Below are positions 36,898 through 51,196 of a stretch of 64,000 bases of DNA, piece after piece. The stretch comes from Eledone cirrhosa (lineage: Eukaryota): positions 397,482,001-397,546,000 of the forward strand of contig OZ024740.1 of assembly GCA_964016885.1 (NCBI GenBank), given 5' to 3'. The stretch's first letter is position 1. Every line of letters begins with the position of its first letter. Position numbers and translations under genes: made by a program. The notes below the pieces were generated by a model. The model was given only the letters and a program-made list of their open reading frames with translations, was not told the DNA's origin and searched no databases.

Positions 36898-38356
36898 CCT
36901 TTAGGACCATTAGGAATACTGTTTTGTTTAGTATTTTGTGGTGGGGAGAGGGTGCTGCAGGCTGGTAATAGATAAACATTTCTATGCTGACATGAGTTTG
37001 TCAAAACATTTTGAAGCAGTATCCTACAGTCAAGCGCCCTATCTAATGCCAAAACTTCCTTGTTCTCAACTAAGGTGCTGATATTTGTTTGTCAAACCAC
37101 TGAGTCACAGGACATATTGTTTATGCAGGACATCAACATCACCTGCTACTGCTTATGTAAAGTGAAGACACATGTTCAAACACACATTTCCCATGCTTAT
37201 ATATAGAAGTATGAAAAAATGAACATAAAAAAACTATGATATATTTAAATTTTGAAGACCAACACATATATATCATCATCATCATCATTGCTTTACATAT
37301 GTTTTTCCATGCTTGCATGGATATGATGGGTTGCTATACAGTTTACATCTATCAAATTCACAAAACATTGATCAAGGTGCCATGTAGTGGGACTGAACCT
37401 GAAACCACATGTTTGTGAAGTGTACTTCTTAACTACACAGCCATGCTTGAACCTAGATGCCTTATTGATCTGATTGAAATTTTATTATTATTTCACGCCT
37501 ATATCAAATCATTCCATTCTTTTATTTCTCAAATCATTCAAACAACAAAGGAAATTCAATAATGTGCAAACCTGCAAGTGACTCAATGTTTGAACTGTTC
37601 TATAGTCAAAGAAAAGGGATTCCACATTATATCACTATTTCACTTCAGTGTCTCTTCTAAAAGCTGAATCCAACGTGAAGATGATTAAATTGTTTTTACA
37701 TATTCCACATGGACTTCAAACCAATAGAGATAAAAAAAAGACTCAGATTCAAATTTTCAATCAGATATCACTTCCGTACAAACATGGAAACATTGATGTA
37801 AAATATTAAAATGAAAGTGCATTTCCTTATAATATCAAAGATCAGCAGAATAGTTTTTCATATATTTCTTGAAAGAAGTTGCCTGTTTCTAGTTAAAATT
37901 TGAATTAAGAAGAAAAAAAAGAAAACTACAAACAAAAATAAATAAATGACCATTGCATAATATTGGCATGTCTCTTGGAAATTTATCTTGTCTTCATTAT
38001 GGCTAATGGCAAGCAGCCACAGCTAATTACCTCAAGGTGGAGTTGAATGGCTGAATGTCTTTCTAAACTAGCAATGTTTCAATTCCCAAGTTACTGTCAG
38101 TAATTTTCTTTAAGCAATGTCTATAAGCAGAATTCTTTTTATGTCATTAAATGCACTGATCACTGAATCACTGAATGTACTGTCATAAATAGTTAATTCT
38201 AATAATTACCTTTGTCACTGAATGGGTAAATTATAGGGTTTTTTAACAAGCTTGATAATTGTTAATCCAGGTGTTACATATAATATTCCAGCTTATGCTT
38301 TCAGCTATTCTAAGATATATTTTGTATTAACATTTACTTTCCAAACTTACTTCGTT

Positions 38357-40030
38357 ATCATCATCATCATCATCATCTTCATGATCATCACTTTTATGTC
38401 TATTCTTCCACACTTGCATGAGTTGGATGAGTCCTTCTCAGCACGGCATTTCTCCACTTGTCGAAATCCTTTGTCATCGCCTCTGTAAGTCTCAGTGATT
38501 TGACATACATCAGCTCTCACAACCTCTTCCCAGGTCTTTTTTGGTCTACCTCTAAAGCAGCTTCCTTCCATTGGTATTTACGGACATTTCTTCACCCAAT
38601 GATCATTGTCCATGCAGATCACACATCTATACCAAAGCAGTCTTCATTCCTGCACACCACCTCAGATTCCTCTTAAATCCAACTTTTCACTCATCCAAAT
38701 TTTGCCCGTCTCTCACACATCCAATTGAGCATGGTTGCTTCATTTCTCTCCGGTCTACAGATGTTCTCTGCAGTCACAGCCCATGTTTTACTACCATGCA
38801 GCATTGCACTTCGCACACAGGCATCATACAGTCGTACTTTTGTAGGTAGAGAGAAATCTTTTATGGTCAACAATGGGAGTAGCTCTCTAAACATTTTCCA
38901 TCCTATCCTTATTCTAGCTATTATGCTCTCAGAACACCCTCCTCCATTCTAATTAAGTCACCTAGATAGTAGAAGCAATCATCCACTTATATGGGTCCTT
39001 CCTGTTACTGGAATAGGTTTACATCACTGGCTCTCTTTCGCTCGGTTACCACTGTGAATCTTCTACAAACAAAGCCTTCCCTTCCTGTTAGTCTACCCAT
39101 TATCCTACTACATCTTTTGTGTATCCAAGATTTACATTGTGTACATTGTATAGAGTTTATGCCTACTCAGTTTCTATATATTGAGCAGGGCCACTTCCCT
39201 GAAGGAATCCGGGTTCTATCTTCTCTCCTACTCACTAGCACTTTAGTTTTGGCTAAGTTTACTTTTGACTCTAAATTCTGTTTCCTTAGATGTAACTTAT
39301 TTTCCAGTTCTTGAATGGATTCAACTATAAGGACTAGATCATCTGCATAGAGAAATTTCCATGGGCAGCTGGTCTTAAACTACTCTTATATCCTGGAGAA
39401 CTCTAATGAATAGTAGTGGGCTAAGAACCGGATCCTGATGAACTCCTATCTGTACCTTGAATTCCTCACTAAACTCACTTCCTACTCTCACTTTACTGAC
39501 AGCACCTCTGGACATGGCTTGCATTGCTCTCCATAACCATTCTTCTACACCTAATTTCCTTAAGGACCATCAGATAATAGATCGAAGTACTCTGTCAAAC
39601 ACTTTTTCTAGATCAATGAAAGCTAGATAAGTGACTTATTTTTAGCTAAGAACTTCTCTTGTAGTTGCCTCTTTAAAAAAAGGGCATCTGTATTACTTTT
39701 CTCAGGCATGAAATCAAACTGCATCTCGTCTAATTTGAATATTTTCTAATTAGTTGCGCTATAACTCTTTCCATCACTTACATAACTTGGTCCATTAGTT
39801 TTGTTGCTCCTTTCTAGGATTATACTGCCGCACCAGTCATTGAGTATGACACCATCCTGTATTACCTGATTGACTGTGCAGGTTACTAGTTTGACTCCTA
39901 CTTCTTCTGATGCTTTTAGCATCTCAGCAACTATCTCTGATGGTCCTGCAGCTTCATCATTTTTCATCTCTTTGATTGCTTACTTAACATTGTAACTGTC
40001 AACTTCAATGGCTGGTCCTTCTGTTGGTTA
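38357..40030 (-). mobile_element. Older RTE LINE (RT, PHD and C-terminus, with many stops)
   Basis: GPSEIVAEMLKA, LYADDLVL, GKWPCSI, VRLYDACVRSAMLHGSKTW and GRPKKTW, with a (GAT)n tail. Confidence 0.9.
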
Positions 40031-40344
40031 GGTTGGGGGTAGTTTATTTTTGTAAATTAATTGAAAATGTTTATCAATATCAAACATTTATTCATTCCAT
40101 CATGGCACCAAGCTACAAGATGTGTATATTGATAATGTGCCACTACATAGTATATCCTCAAAGACAAATATTTTATAAGAAGATATTTAAGTTTATTTAT
40201 TAGAATGTTCTGCAAACATAATTTTGGAACCCATAACAAGACACTTTATGTCAAAGTTCAATTTATGCTCTTTCTGTGTTTTTCATTCTTGTTTTAATGT
40301 GTTCTACAGTTAGACAAACAGGCAAGATGTTCAATACCTTTCCC

Positions 40345-40730
40345 ATCATCAACATATAACGTCTATTTTTCCATGCTCATATGGATTGGATAGGTCGTCA
40401 CATTATAAGACAAGTCAGGTCAGATAATCCACATCTTGCTCGTCTGGATCTGCATTTTTATTTGATTTCTACAACTGGATATCTTTCCTAATGCCAACCA
40501 TGTTACTGTGTAGACTGGGTGCTTTTTGTCATGGCATCAAAATGACCATCTAACAGGGTGGACTGGGTGCTTTGTGTCATGTCACCAACCCAACCACTTT
40601 GCAGGTTGAACTGGCACTTTTTGTCATGTCACCTGTACAATCACATTACAGGATCGAGTGGGTGCTTTTTCTTGTGTCACCAATACAACTACCTTACAAG
40701 ATGGACTGGATGCTTTTATTGTTCCACCAG
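40345..40730 (-). mobile_element. RTE-type 3' end with about five tandem ~48-bp modules
   Basis: ACTGG(GT)GCTTT..GTCATGTCACC-like units recur at 40514, 40562, 40610, ~40657 and ~40705. Confidence 0.7.
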
Positions 40731-43700
40731 ATCAGCATACAGGATGGCAGAGCATACAAGTACTTGGTAGAGCATGGGATTGTATGTAAATGAGTGGCAG
40801 GCTGCCAGCCTATATGTGTAACATATGTAAGTGGGTTGCAGGCTACTTACCCATCCATTGGGTCAGTAGCTTCACTTGAGTACTGCCTCGATCTGTTGAC
40901 AACCTGTCCATCTCTTGCCAGGAGGCAAAACGTGCATTAAACGATGATGATGATGATGATGATGAATATTATTTTGACTGAGGTTAACTTTGCCTTTCAT
41001 CCTTACGGGGTCGATAAAATAAAGTACCAGTAATGCACTGGTGAATTGCTGGCCTTGTGCCAAAAGAAGAAACAATTATTTTGACTGTGGATTGGCAGTA
41101 TCGGTAGAACGTCGGATAAATTGCTTTGTGGCATAGAGTTACGTCCCTTTACATTCTGCTTTCAAATCCCGCCATGGTTAGCTTTGCCTTTCATCCTTAC
41201 GGGGTAGATAAAATATAGTACCAGTAACGCACTGGGGTCGATTTAATCAATCTTCCCCTCCCTCAAAAATGTTGGCCTTGTGCGTAAATCAGAAACCATT
41301 GTTTTCATATTTTCAGTAAATATGGGAGACAACTCTCACCCTGATGACATCTTTGAATTATCTATTCTTTCAACAATGCTTTTCCTATGTCAACCAATAT
41401 ATAATCTTATACATTTCTATAATTCATTGCTTCCTATCCAATAATGGTAACCTCCACTCCCGATTTTGTATCTTGTACATTTATTTAGTGATTCTTTCAT
41501 CACTACTTTGGAAAGTATTGTGAAGGTGCAATGTTTTGCTGGTGAGGTCAAAACAATACCAAAAGATGTCCAAAAATATCTCCCGTACTTACCGAAACAC
41601 GGAAAATAATATTCGCATAATTATTTCTAGTTAGCTTTTAATGCTCCCTGCATCAATTACGTTCATTCTTTCTTATCTATTGTTTTAATGCGGAGGGCGT
41701 CTTTGGTAATGATATAAGTTGATGTATCTGGTCAAGGCTGAAATGGAATGTGAGAAGGAAAATAAAGTTCATTGAGAATATAACAATATCAAATTAGGTT
41801 TCCTGGAAGTTCAAATAAAACTTTATTTCTATAGCTGAGTTAACATTACGAATACTGAAGGGTGGCTGAGGCTCATAAACTTCACTAAGAGCAGATAACT
41901 CATTTCCCGTCTAAATATAGTTATGCTTGCATGAAATTGTAATCACTGAATGTTAAATTTTTATGTTTACTGCTTTATTACAGATATTGGCTATGTTCCA
42001 GCTGTATATTGCGGAGTATTGTTCACACACTATGACTGTCAATTGATTTTCTTAATTCAACAACTTTTCAGTGTTTTTTTTGGGGGGGAGGGCTTCTTTT
42101 CGTCATCTTATTTACGTTTTCTTAAGTGACAACGGAGAAAATAAGATGTCTACTTCCTCTATCACTGTCGTTTTTGTGTATTATTGCTAACAAATAATGA
42201 CGAAAACTACTGGTTTCCCCATTAGTCTTACAACTGGACTATTGTTCGAAACCAAATTAGTCTCTCTGCTGGATTGTTTATTTCAATATTGTCTTTTACC
42301 GCTACAATCGTCCTGGTAAGTTGCACCAAACTAAAGTATATTGTTTATTGTTGCTACTAATAATGTTTCATTAAACCCATGCATATTTTCCTGTATTTTC
42401 TAAATGAAATGGAACTAAAAGTGTTTAGTTGTAGGGGGATATATCAATGAATAGCAACTCTGATCAAATAACACTAGAGTAAATGATACGACTTTACAAC
42501 GCGAGTCCCATTAATGTACTTTCATTATCGAATACTTTAGTTCTTTAAATACGGTTAATTTTTATAACGACAGTTCTTTATCGTATACCTTGTTCGTTTT
42601 TAGTCAAGATAATTTTCGTAATTAAATACCGCAGGCATTTTGTCGGACGTTCTATCGATTCCTATACTGCATGCTAAATCTGAAGAGTTATAATAAGAGA
42701 CAACATATTTTGCCCCCAGTCTGCCCTGATTGAGCTGCTCATAGATATTCATTCCAAGACTAAGTACCGTTCTCCGGCTCATTCTTACTGATATACCTTA
42801 TTGTGCATAGTGACAAGCGATAGTTTACTTTTGTTGTTGTTTCGCGTCGGGCCAGCTTTAATTCAAGAGACCCGTGGTCCAGCCATGACCATTGTTTTTT
42901 TTTGTTTTGTTTTTTTCACTCAGGACTACATTATCCAGGGTGCGGTTTTAGGGAGATGTGGCTGCTGTTTCTGACAATTCAAATGACCACGTAGAGACTT
43001 CTTCGATGGCTCGTCTCTATATCTATTGTTGATTTTTCCCACGTAGTATACAATGTATCCTTTGTTAAGATATTTGGCTATTTCTAGCTCATGGAAGGAT
43101 CACGTAGAGGCTCCCTCATTGACTCGCCTCCATGTATGTTGTTGATTAGCCCACATCAACCCTGATCCAGCAGACCTATGATCAAAGATATTCACAATCT
43201 TTTTTTTTTTTTTTTTCGGACATAGTATGTATATCGTGCAAAGTACTGAACAATGTTTGTGGCTGAGATTAGAGATTTGAACAATGAAAAGACAACACAA
43301 ACAGAAACATACGTTACATGTTCTTTATTATGGACGGATTGGCATAACTGTTAGTGTCGGACAAAATGCTTTACAGCATTTAGTTACGGCCCTTTATGTT
43401 CTGATTTCAAATCCCACCAAGGTCAACTCTGCCTTTCATTCTTCGGGAGTCGATAAAATAAAGTACTAGTCACGTATCACCATAAATTGTTGGCCCTGTG
43501 CCTGAATTAGAAATCTTTATTATGAAAACACCACCCTTCGTTTCCATGTATTCTGCCTTGCTATCTTTAACAATTCTTCAAGAAAGACTCCTATGGACTA
43601 TAAATAGAGTTCTTTTAGGAACATATTGATATTTTTTTTCTTTTAATGTGTATTTATTGGGATAATTAAAATATCTAAAATCAGTTTTAAGTAATCGTTT

Positions 43701-43865
43701 GTTATTGATACACGGAAAGTGGAAGTGAATTTATCATGAATACGATTGACCACCCCAATTGTAACTCACTACGACGACGTTACGTTTATTAAGTTTCGTA
43801 TTCACAAAGTACTAAATATACTTTTCACTTTTCGACTGGTATAAATATAAACAAATGTCTGTATG

Positions 43866-44188
43866 CAGATCTGCTAACCTCTAAACCCCCAAACGGGGAG
43901 GAGTACCATAAAAAAGAGTGTCCCAAAACGGAGAAATGAGGCAAATGGAGAGATTTTACATAATTGTTTCTACTTTTGGCACAAGGCCAGCAATTACGCA
44001 GTGTATTACTGGTACTTTATTTTATCGACCCCGTAAGGATGAAAGGCAAAGTTAACCTTGGCGGGATTTGAACTCAGAATGGCAAGGACCGTAACTCTAT
44101 GCGTCAAAGCATGGCGTCCGACCCTCTACCGATACTGCCAATCCCCCGCACCAATTTTCACAAGAGACGGGGAGAGTTGACAGGTCTG
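43866..44188. mobile_element. MITE with a 7-bp TSD and a nested SINE (43962-44152)
   Basis: CTGTATG|CAGATCTGCTAAC ... GTTGACAGGTCTG|CTGTATG, an imperfect 13-bp TIR (10 of 13 match). Confidence 0.6.
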
Positions 44189-44723
44189 CTGTATGTGTGT
44201 ATGGTCGGGTCGTCGGAGACTAAACCGGCACCTCCGCCAAGCTTGCTTGATGAGGAGGGTGATTTTGGACACCCTGAGGGATGAAAAACAAAACCCGTTA
44301 AAGGGCTGAAAAATTCACTAGTGTCAACGGCCATCCAATAAAGTAATTTTTTTAGAGGTGGGAGTGGAGTGAGAGACCCCCTAGTCTTCATTAAGACATT
44401 TCTCTAGAAGAAGGTCACTCTAATATGAAACCTGCAACTTCGTTTGCATTCAATGATGTAGACCAGTTCTACTTTTTGAGTAAATGCATCTGATGTTCAG
44501 AGAGTAGGGTTGGCTCCGTACAAAGCCTTTCCTCTCTAAAAAAGCTTCAAGCACAAAGACAAACATTTTGTTCTCTCTGTGTTTTTATTCTCCTTCTGTT
44601 TTTATCTATTATCTTGCTACCTTTCTTCACCTAATCCTTTTCATTATGCTAATCTCTCACTCTGCCTTTCTCGGCCTAGCTATTGAGAAGAATAGCTCCT
44701 GTACTTGCTGAATGCTGAAATAA

Positions 44724-45355
44724 TTTTTTTTTTTTTTTTTTTTTTACTTTTTTTTTTTTTACTTTTTTTTTTTTTTACTTTTTTTTTTTTTTACTTTTTT
44801 TTTTTTTTACTTTTTTTTTTTTTACAATTTAAAACACTTTAATTGTCACCAAACTTCTCCTTATTCTGTGAATAAACAAACCTTTTTTAGTAAGAAAAAG
44901 GGGGGGGGGGCAAAGGAAAGAAAGAAGGAAAAGAACAGGAAAGGGAGGGGATGGCAAGAGCTCTGGTGTCGCAGAGGAGAGGTGAGGGGGAGGGTGATTG
45001 GGCTTTGGACCTAGGACAAGGGGGAAGGAGTGCTGCACCCCTCATACAAGATGGCAAAAGCATTCTCCTGGATGATGGCCAGTGAGACCCGCTGCAACAG
45101 CCACCCAACCTCGCGGGGCTCCATCCTCAGACGGGCCACCAACGCTCCGATCTTGCGGAGGAGCTCGGCAATATGGTGTCCAAGTACGCCTGAGGTCTCG
45201 ACAGTGACCAGTGCGTAGAGGAAGCAGCCGAACAAACCTCGGGCTGCAATGCCAGGGTTTTGTGGCCAAAGCGACTAAGTTGGAGGCGGAGAACGTGTCA
45301 CAGCAGGTGGCATACCAGCTGAGGGATCTACCTCCTTCGAATGGGAAGAGGGTCT
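44724..45355 (-). mobile_element. 5'-truncated CRE-like non-LTR retrotransposon (REL endonuclease end, 3' UTR, A-rich tail)
   Basis: TLFPFEGGRSLSWYATCCDTFSASN and VETSGVLG...LLRKIG...WLLQRVSLAIIQENAFAIL match the recalled CRE C-terminus (ET.G.WG...QRLS.AIQRGNA). GC-rich island. Confidence 0.8.
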
Positions 45356-48199
45356 AAAATAATAGTAGTTGTTTATTAATATTGTTTTTTCCTCAGTGTA
45401 TTATTTTTATTTAGCTTTTTAAGGCTCCCTGCATTGAATATATTAATATTAATCACCAATGTAACTCTATGTAACAATATTATTACTATAAATCTGACAA
45501 ATAAATCCAATGGCAAATAAATTTAATGATTGAAAAGAAAAAAATAGTTGTTTCAAATGTTGGCACAAGGCCAGCAATTACCCCCAATGCATTACTGGTA
45601 CTTTATTTTATCAACCCCGTAAGGATGAAAGGCAAAGTTAACCTCGGCGGGATTTGAACTCTATACATCAAAGCATGGCATCCGACCCTCTACCGATACT
45701 GCCAAAGTGATAGTGAAGTATTATCAGTCAGAGTTGAAATACTTCTTTTGAATCAGTAACTGATAGATAAACTTCACTTATCTTGTTATAAGATTCCTTC
45801 AGCTCAACCTTGTAAATTTTTATTTTTATTTTTACTCTTGACTGACCTTGTTACAATTTCAATATAGAGTTCTTAGGTACATGCTCTGGGTTTTTTTTTC
45901 CTAACTAATATCTGTTCTTGTTCTGGATCAATAAAAGTAAGTATAATTACTAATGTTTTCTTACGTTTCATCAGATATATTATATATAATATTGCACTGC
46001 ATTAAAATATATACTGTGTAAAATGTTTCACTCTACTACAGTCATATTACATGTGAATAATTTTGATTCTCTGTGAATATAATTTTTTGTCTTTTGTATT
46101 ATTTTTTTCTGAATTAAAGATGATAATTCTCAAGAAAAAAGGCATGGCATATACGATGATAATCCTTGCAACAGGTGTCTATTTTTTTGACAAGTTCTCA
46201 TCATTATCATCATCATAATAATCAGTGCCAACACCACCTATACTATTACTACCATCATCATAATTATCTCGTACAGTAATATTTCACACATCAAAATTCT
46301 ACTTCTTTCCTTTGAAGTTCAATAGTTTGAATAGTACCCTGATTAATTTTGCTGCTTGAATCTTGGTTTGCCTCTGCTGTGATTATGTTTCATCTCTGGC
46401 CCCGGGGATGAGCCTTGCAGTTGTCTAACAAATGATAAGATAGTGAATCATAAAAATGAATTAACAAACTGTCTGTGATTCTTTGTCAATTCTTTTGTAT
46501 TGAAATGTAAGAAATGGCAAGACTTTTGCCAGAAATTTGGTACATTAAAAAATGGCACTCTAAAATGGCTGATTGCTGCATAACTGCCAGTTCTTTCATG
46601 TCTTCTTTTTTTTTTAAATTACAGCCATTACATCAACATTGAGCTCTATACTCTCATGTTTTCTATTGTTCTGAACTTATTGACTCCACACCATTTCATT
46701 TAAACAAATTGAATCTACCTACTTTTCTAACTTTTATCCTTCCACTTAATCTTACAGTTTCAGTAAGCAACACTTTATCCAACTCTGTCATAGAATTGCA
46801 TCTATTTGAAATGAGCTCTCTTTCATGGTTTTCTCTCCATCTACTAATGTTTAACAGTTCAAACTGAATTGTAACTCTATTAATACAACTAACATTTTAA
46901 GGCCATTCTCCTTACTAAAGCTGGAGACTGTCTTCCCATTTAAGACATTTGCTTTTCTTTACATTCTATTAAATAATAAAACAAAATTTTAAAAACTACT
47001 TAAAAAGAATTAAACTTCTATATAAGTGCCAGCCATATAAAGAAGATTTTTCCAAAAAGAAACAGAAAAAAATTGTAAATTTTAAAAATGTTATTTTATT
47101 CTTCCTTCTGAAAGGTGATAAATTAGCAAACCCATAGGATGAAATTCCTTACAGTTTTCATTCATTCTAGCTCTTTGTCTTCTGAGTTCAAAACCTGCTG
47201 AAGTTTAGTTACATCTTCCTGGGGTCCAATGATGGAAATGAGGAAGGAGCATACTTAAAGATGGTGCTGCTCTATTTTTCAGTTTCCAGGTGTGGAGATA
47301 TATAGTGTCTATTCATCCCACTCACCTTCCTAGCATCAGTCTCACAGACCTTAGTGTGTCTCTAGTTTCTAAAATCAATTTCCATCACTGTTGAGGTTGA
47401 TAAGTAAGTACCAATCTTGGATGGTGAACTGGCATTAAAATGTTGGATAGGATACCTTTCAGTATTTGTTCTGACTCTTTGCATTCTGAATTCAAATCCT
47501 CCCATGGCCTACTTATGTGATAGACTTAATCAGTTACTTGGTTAAGCATCACCACCTGGCCCTTGAATGTCAATTTGTGGAGCCTACTTTATTGCAAGCA
47601 TTTAGGCCAAGTCTCCAATTTGAGGATACTTAACCCACCTCCCTCCAAACAATCTTAATAATCCCTGAAAACAATCATGAGCATTCCTCTTCCTCATGAA
47701 TAAGCAATATTAAAAATATATGGTGGCATTGTTTTCTTACAAGTATATGATTTCCTTCTCAGGAAAACACTTTTGAAATTGTTGAAATATGAAATAAAAT
47801 AATATCCCACATAATCTCCAACATAACTAATATTTTATAAATATTTGTTATAAAATAGTAAAATAATGGAAATAGTAAATCATTTTCCTTTGGTTTATGT
47901 GATAATAAATCTGTATAAAAGATTATAAGAAATGACATCAATAAAAGTGACATTATCTTGTGCCTAAAGTAGAAACAATTATTAAAATAGTGTTTGTTTT
48001 TTCTTTGAAACATCTTAATAGTTTGCAAAGTATGAATTGAGTGTGTGTTTCTTTTACATCAACTAAGGTCTGGTAAGGATTGTTTATTGAATAACTGCTG
48101 TATGGTTGGGATGGTTGCAACTGCCCATTGAAGACAAAAAGGAAATCAGACATTCCATGATATCATCAATGCAGCTCAACACTGCTAGTAGAAACAATG

Positions 48200-50190
48200 C
48201 TGTTGGACAGTACTGAAATCTGGATCTTCGATAACTGACGAAGACAATGTCCTGCAGTGAAAGTTGTATGTAGAAGTTGATAAAAGGACATCAGCTAGAA
48301 AAAAACACAGAATTGAACAAAAACTCCCTACTTAATACCCAACATTAATTGAAGAACACTGAGGCATGTTGAAGACTGTCATCACTTCAACATGTGAACA
48401 AACCATTAGTATACAAAGAAAGAAATATCAAGACTGGGTTGATTACAATGATAAAAAGCTCCAAAATCTCATTAAAGAGAAGCAGACTCTTCTAGCTGAC
48501 CCACACCTCCAATGAGAAGAGAAAAGCCAATCCAAAAACAAAACTCTGATACAGAACCATCTGTATGCTAAAAAGTTAAAGAAATCCAATGCCTGCTCAC
48601 CAATGATATCAAAAGTCTTTTCAACAATACAAAGACCATTTATGGCACTTCAGTGAATGGTCAAATGCCACCTCAAAATCAAAAGGGTTCAATTCTCCTA
48701 AAACATAATTAGGAAATCAACCAATGCTGGAAAGAACACTCAAATAACTCCTAAATCACTATCCTAAAGTTGATAAGATGGTTTTTAACACATCCCATGC
48801 AGACCTGCTTTAGACATGCACAGCAAGCCCCTGACAACTGAAGAAGGATGGGGGAATAATTCTTAAACAACACTTTCACCAACAGCTTGTCAAAATCTGG
48901 GAAAGCAAACACATCCCATTCAATCTAAAAGATGATTTTGTCTACAAAAAGAAACAGGACAGGTCAGATTGTAGGAATTATAAAGAGATCTCATTCTTAT
49001 CCTACACTTTAAGCAGCATCCTTTATCATCAGCTTAACTATTAGTCAAAAAGACTTGAAGTGGTTTACAACCATCAAGGGGAACTGCAGAACTGATCTTT
49101 GCTACTGCTAACTTCAAGAATAGTGTTATGAACAGCATCAACTCTTCTACATGGCTTTTATAAACTTCACTAAGGCCTTCTTCATGAACTTTGGATGTTT
49201 GGGGATGTTCTGCTAAATTCATTGTGATCCTAACAACATGACTGCCACTATCTTGACCTTTGGTAGCCTAACAGACTCATTAACTCTGGAATCAGAATTG
49301 TTTCATCACCTCAATGCTTTTATCATATTTTTTGTAAACACGATGTTTATCATTAAATATGAACTTTTGATGGAAATTTTCATCAAATACGAAACAAATG
49401 CAAATCTATTCAATATACTGAAAATAATGGCATAATGTCTACCAGTGAAGGAAGCCTTCAGGACAGCTTCTATGTTTTGAATGTTAAGATGTACAAGATG
49501 AGACTCTCCATCAGTCTTAGTAAAACTCAGATTCTGTTTTAAATAGCCTCAGGGATGATCAACCCTTAAATACCTGCTGTCAAACTCAAAGGTTACTTAC
49601 TTGAAAACATCAATGATATTGGCTAACATCAAGTGCAATATCCTACATTGTGTAAAATGAGTAAGAACTGCCTTGGGTGCCTTTGAATATGAATTTTTCA
49701 GAACTAAGTCATCTAGACTAATACAAATTTACTAGTGTATAAGATAGTTGTCATCTATGCCCCCCTGTATGGGTTAGAAATGTGGGTCATCTGATCTAAT
49801 TGGAGCACTTCTATCAGCATTGCCTTCATACTTCAAATGAAGAACAACCAACTTCCTAAGCAAATCCTCTGCAGCCAGCTAAGGGAGGTGAAACAAACAA
49901 AGAAATCTTAAAAGTAACATTCAAAAACTCCAACATTAGCAGGAACAACAGGGAAGCTTTCACTCATGACAGGATAATATTGAGTATCCTCATTCATCAA
50001 AGAATGAATTACTTTCAATGATCTCACTAAAAGCAAAGCATGGCTTAGAAGGAAAGAAAATAAACCCAACTATCAAAACCTACCATCCCTTTCAGAATTT
50101 ATCAAAAGGTCTGTTCCTCTAGAATTAGACTGTTTAGTCACTTGTACATGCATGCCAATAGCATCTGATCTGGAAAAGCATCATCCCCAA
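48200..50190 (+). mobile_element. Heavily decayed RTE-BovB-like LINE
   Basis: Remnants KYQDWVD, DRSDCRNYKEISFLS, YMAFINFTKAF, LYGLEMW and a terminal CSSRIRLFSHL. Confidence 0.72.
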
Positions 50191-51196
50191 TTTTAAGGGA
50201 TTGTGCTAAATGAGGTATCCAATAATTTTTTTATTAAGGAATCAATTTTGATACATGCAAACCTGCAAAGAGATATCCGGCTGATCAATGCTGCATTATA
50301 TGGTGTTTGCTTCTGCATGTTAAAAAAATACTTGACTTAACTTCTGTCAAAGAAATACTTTTTAGAGATGGATTTTCAAAGTGCTTTCTTTAAAAAATGG
50401 TAGGGATTAATTTTGTGGGAGATTTGGCTGCTAATTCTTACAGACCAAGTGAATACATAGAAAATTCCTCATAGACTCCCTTAAAGAAATAGTTGTCAAA
50501 TAATATAACAAAAATAATTCAATAAAATTTAGTGATTTAAAAGTTATGAAGAAGGAAAGGCAGTGTCTTTTATATCTATTTGACATTCATCAAAGCACTG
50601 AACTATTTTTCTGTGTAGCAGAACATGTGTGTTTGTTGCTATATAAGGCATACATCATCACCTTCATCACCACTGTTTAATGTCTATTTTCCATGCTTGC
50701 GTGGGCTAGACGGGTTGTCATGCTCTGAAGTTAGACTAGCCAGGTGACCACATTCAGCTCATACATTCTATTTTGGGTTTGGGTTCTATTGCTGGATGCT
50801 CTTCCTAATGCCAACCACTTTACAACATGTATTGGAAGCATCTTTTCATGGCACTTACACTACCACCTTACAGGATGGGCTGAGTGCTTTTTTTTTATCA
50901 TGGAACCAGCTCTACCACCTTGCAGGAGTTATATAATTATCTGTTAGATATTTGGGAACTTATACTGCATAAAATTCTACTGAGCATTTTGTAATAGTTA
51001 TGGTAAATAAACTACTCAGTTTATATTTAAATGTTTAACCCTTTAGCATTTAAACCAGCTGTATCCGGTCAGAATTCTCTCACCTTTTTCTGTTCAAACT
51101 GGCCATAACTGGCTGCTCATACTGATGTTAGGGTATTATTCTCAAAATAAATAATATCAAAATCTCACAGATTCAATATTGTGAGATAATTATGTG

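Noticed and set aside
42197-42315. N-terminal coding exon of the glycosidase
   Set aside because: Splicing to either nearby acceptor (57742 or 57755) hits a stop within a few codons, and the conserved protein starts at ATG 57888.
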